The notes below the pieces were generated by a model. It was not told the origin of the DNA. It made no database searches and was given only the letters and a program-made list of their open reading frames with translations. Position numbers and translations under genes: made by a program. Of a stretch of 20,000 bases of DNA, positions 18,187 through 20,000 are shown piece by piece. Positions within the stretch are counted from its first letter, which is position 1; the number at the start of each line of letters is the position of its first letter. The stretch lies in the IMG/VR virus record IMGVR_UViG_3300042691_032560; one strand, 5' to 3'. Source of the DNA: an uncultured virus (IMG/VR IMGVR_UViG_3300042691_032560). Its lineage: Duplodnaviria; Heunggongvirae; Uroviricota; Caudoviricetes.

Positions 18187-18195
18187 TATGAATAT
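18187..18195 (-). promoter_or_regulatory. One-mismatch variant (ATATTCATA) of the upstream motif, ahead of the glycosylation cluster
   Basis: Lies in the 73-nt AT-rich gap, 33 nt upstream of the GT60 ATG. Confidence 0.3.
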
Positions 18196-18226
18196 TAAAT
18201 AGGAAATAATAAATCTTTGAAATTGA

Positions 18227-18427
18227 TTATATATTTCTGAAAACCTCTATTACCTCAAATACTCCTTGATAATTAGATATGATGTTGCTAGTTATTTCAT
18301 TTTCGGCATCAATTTTAGATTCGAATATTTCTACTTTATCGTTATAAACAAATCCTTCTTGGAATCCTCGAGATTCCCCGCCCCAAAATCCATTCCCGAC
18401 ATAATTGTATATTATATATTTTTTCAT
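18227..18427 (-). CDS. Hypothetical protein, 66 aa
   Basis: ATG begins 2 nt after the upstream stop codon; fills the gap. Confidence 0.7.
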   Translation of the reverse strand: MKKYIIYNYVGNGFWGGESRGFQEGFVYNDKVEIFESKIDAENEITSNIISNYQGVFEVIEVFRNI

Positions 18428-18429
18428 AC

Positions 18430-20000
18430 TTATGAAATTTTTTGATATTCAACATATGACCCTTCTTTTGCTCTAATAAAAGCACCGGCAATCGGAAACT
18501 CTGAAGCAAATCTTGCAACAACAGTCCCATTGGCCGAAGGTTTTATAACACCTTCAACTATCGCAATATTTCCTGCGGTTGCGGTTGATGATGCGTTTGC
18601 TGTCGCTGGTGTATCATAAGTATTTATGGCTGGGTTTAATGTTTGTGTTCCAACACCTAAAGTATACATTGACCTATATGACAGAATGCTGGTGGTAGGG
18701 CCATTAATAGTCCATCTACTACCTGTTGAGGTATTAAAGGCCTCATAATGAAATACAAACCTAAATCTATAGATACTCCCACTAACAACCGCAAAAGATA
18801 AATCAGTAATGTCCGCAAGTGTTGTTGTAAGACTGGTTTGGTCGGATGTCAGCATTGCAACTTGTACTCCATTTGTTATTGTGGTTACATTATCGGTGGT
18901 ACTAACCGAAATACCTGAACCAGCGGTAATTCCTGTTATTCCTTGAACTTGAGTATTAATTAATGTAATTGCCCCTGTTGTTGAATTACCTGATAATCCT
19001 GAGCCTGCAGTAACTGAACTAACGGCACCGGCTCCACCTGTTCCCGCACTAAATACAAGTGTATTAGTTGCCGCAGATGTTATGGTAATATTAATACCAC
19101 TGAAATTAATAAAGTTATTTGTATTACCTGAGAACTGAGTTGTGCCGTTAATTTGTACCGAATTAAACGAAGGTAAATTCTGATATGTCCCCGCAGAAAA
19201 TGTATTTGCGGATAATCCTCCTGTAAAATTAGCCTGACTTGTAAATGTTGAAGTCCCTGTAACAGATAAACCATCTTGAACATTAAGTGGTGACAACATA
19301 TTGACAGGAGAACATCCACTTATATTAGTTACAAAAAAATCTGTGAAGCAATTTGCGGATGAACTACCTGGAAGGTTATAATATGTCGATGCCGATATTG
19401 TATTAGCGGTTAAACCCGTCCCAAATATTGATGTTCCTGAAAATACTCCGTCAGCTCTAATAAATGAAGTTGTAGTTCCGGCAGTATTCTGTCCTTGTAA
19501 TAAACTTGTGACATTATCGGCACCACCCGTTCCATTTCTAATACTTAAACCATCTAATGTTGAGTTAATTAAAATTTCAGGTTCAGTGGAGTTATCATAA
19601 GCCTGTTGGAGAGTTGTTGTTGATAAACCTCCAGTTCCTCCTAATACTTCACCAAATTTTGAAACTGAGTTAAACACCGCATAGTTAGTGTTTACTAGAC
19701 CTCCATTACCAACAGATGCGTTTTTGTTAAGTGAAAGTATTCCTATTAATATACCATTCTCTCTATTAAGAGAATATTCGACAAACGTCTCAGTTTGTGA
19801 ACCAGCAACCGCCTCGGCAAGTGTTCCATATACTTTTTGACCCAATTGGATTCTGACAAGACCAGTTGGAAATAAATAAACTCTTTGATTTGTTGATGAG
19901 TTTGAACCCCCTCCTACCGCAGTAACAACTCCATTTAAATCATAGTAACCAGGGTCTATTGTTGTTGTATTTCCTGTTGTAACACTACCACCTGTTAATG
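18430..20000 (-). CDS. Putative tail fibre/virion appendage protein (5'-truncated; start outside the window)
   Basis: Frame stays open from TTG 19845 to the right edge (LTGGSVTTGNTTTIDPGYYDLNGVV...RIQLGQKVY). Gly/Thr/Ser-rich, with internal repeats and a beta-rich C-terminal head-like domain. Confidence 0.72.
   Translation of the reverse strand, partial: LTGGSVTTGNTTTIDPGYYDLNGVVTAVGGGSNSSTNQRVYLFPTGLVRIQLGQKVYGTLAEAVAGSQTETFVEYSLNRENGILIGILSLNKNASVGNGGLVNTNYAVFNSVSKFGEVLGGTGGLSTTTLQQAYDNSTEPEILINSTLDGLSIRNGTGGADNVTSLLQGQNTAGTTTSFIRADGVFSGTSIFGTGLTANTISASTYYNLPGSSSANCFTDFFVTNISGCSPVNMLSPLNVQDGLSVTGTSTFTSQANFTGGLSANTFSAGTYQNLPSFNSVQINGTTQFSGNTNNFINFSGINITITSAATNTLVFSAGTGGAGAVSSVTAGSGLSGNSTTGAITLINTQVQGITGITAGSGISVSTTDNVTTITNGVQVAMLTSDQTSLTTTLADITDLSFAVVSGSIYRFRFVFHYEAFNTSTGSRWTINGPTTSILSYRSMYTLGVGTQTLNPAINTYDTPATANASSTATAGNIAIVEGVIKPSANGTVVARFASEFPIAGAFIRAKEGSYVEYQKIS

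Noticed and set aside
18342..18530. 62-aa minus-strand ORF
   Set aside because: Overlaps two better-supported genes in another frame.
19080..19319. 79-aa minus-strand ORF
   Set aside because: Alternative frame inside the fibre gene.
19843..19845. TTG start assigned to the 471-aa ORF
   Set aside because: The frame remains open to the window edge, so the real start lies outside.

Overview
AT-rich, densely packed segment, almost entirely on the minus strand, most consistent with a large tailed dsDNA phage; the AT-rich start regions without Shine-Dalgarno motifs hint at a Bacteroidota-type host (inference). Read in transcription order (right to left): a 5'-truncated Gly/Thr/Ser-rich fibre-like protein; a small ORF; a six-gene glycosylation/methylation cluster (GT60 GlcNAc-transferase, GT90-like, HtrL-like+GT+methyltransferase fusion, fucosyltransferase-like, FkbM-like methyltransferase, methyltransferase+HtrL+GT2-like fusion); an opposite-strand cassette of an unannotated 51-aa ribbon-helix-helix-like ORF plus an HNH endonuclease; two large putative virion proteins (one with Pro-Thr mucin-like tracts and a P-domain, one with a beta-helix and FN3-like end); a small ORF; a papain-like C1 peptidase; and a family B DNA polymerase running off the left edge (absent from the ORF track). 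The best candidate for a new system is a virus-encoded protein O-glycosylation pathway: an initiating GT60 enzyme, elongating and capping enzymes, and nearby Pro/Thr-rich candidate substrates. Also notable are a structured polB leader that can sequester the start codon and a recurring ATATTTATA upstream motif. All family calls come from motif recognition by eye, not database searches.
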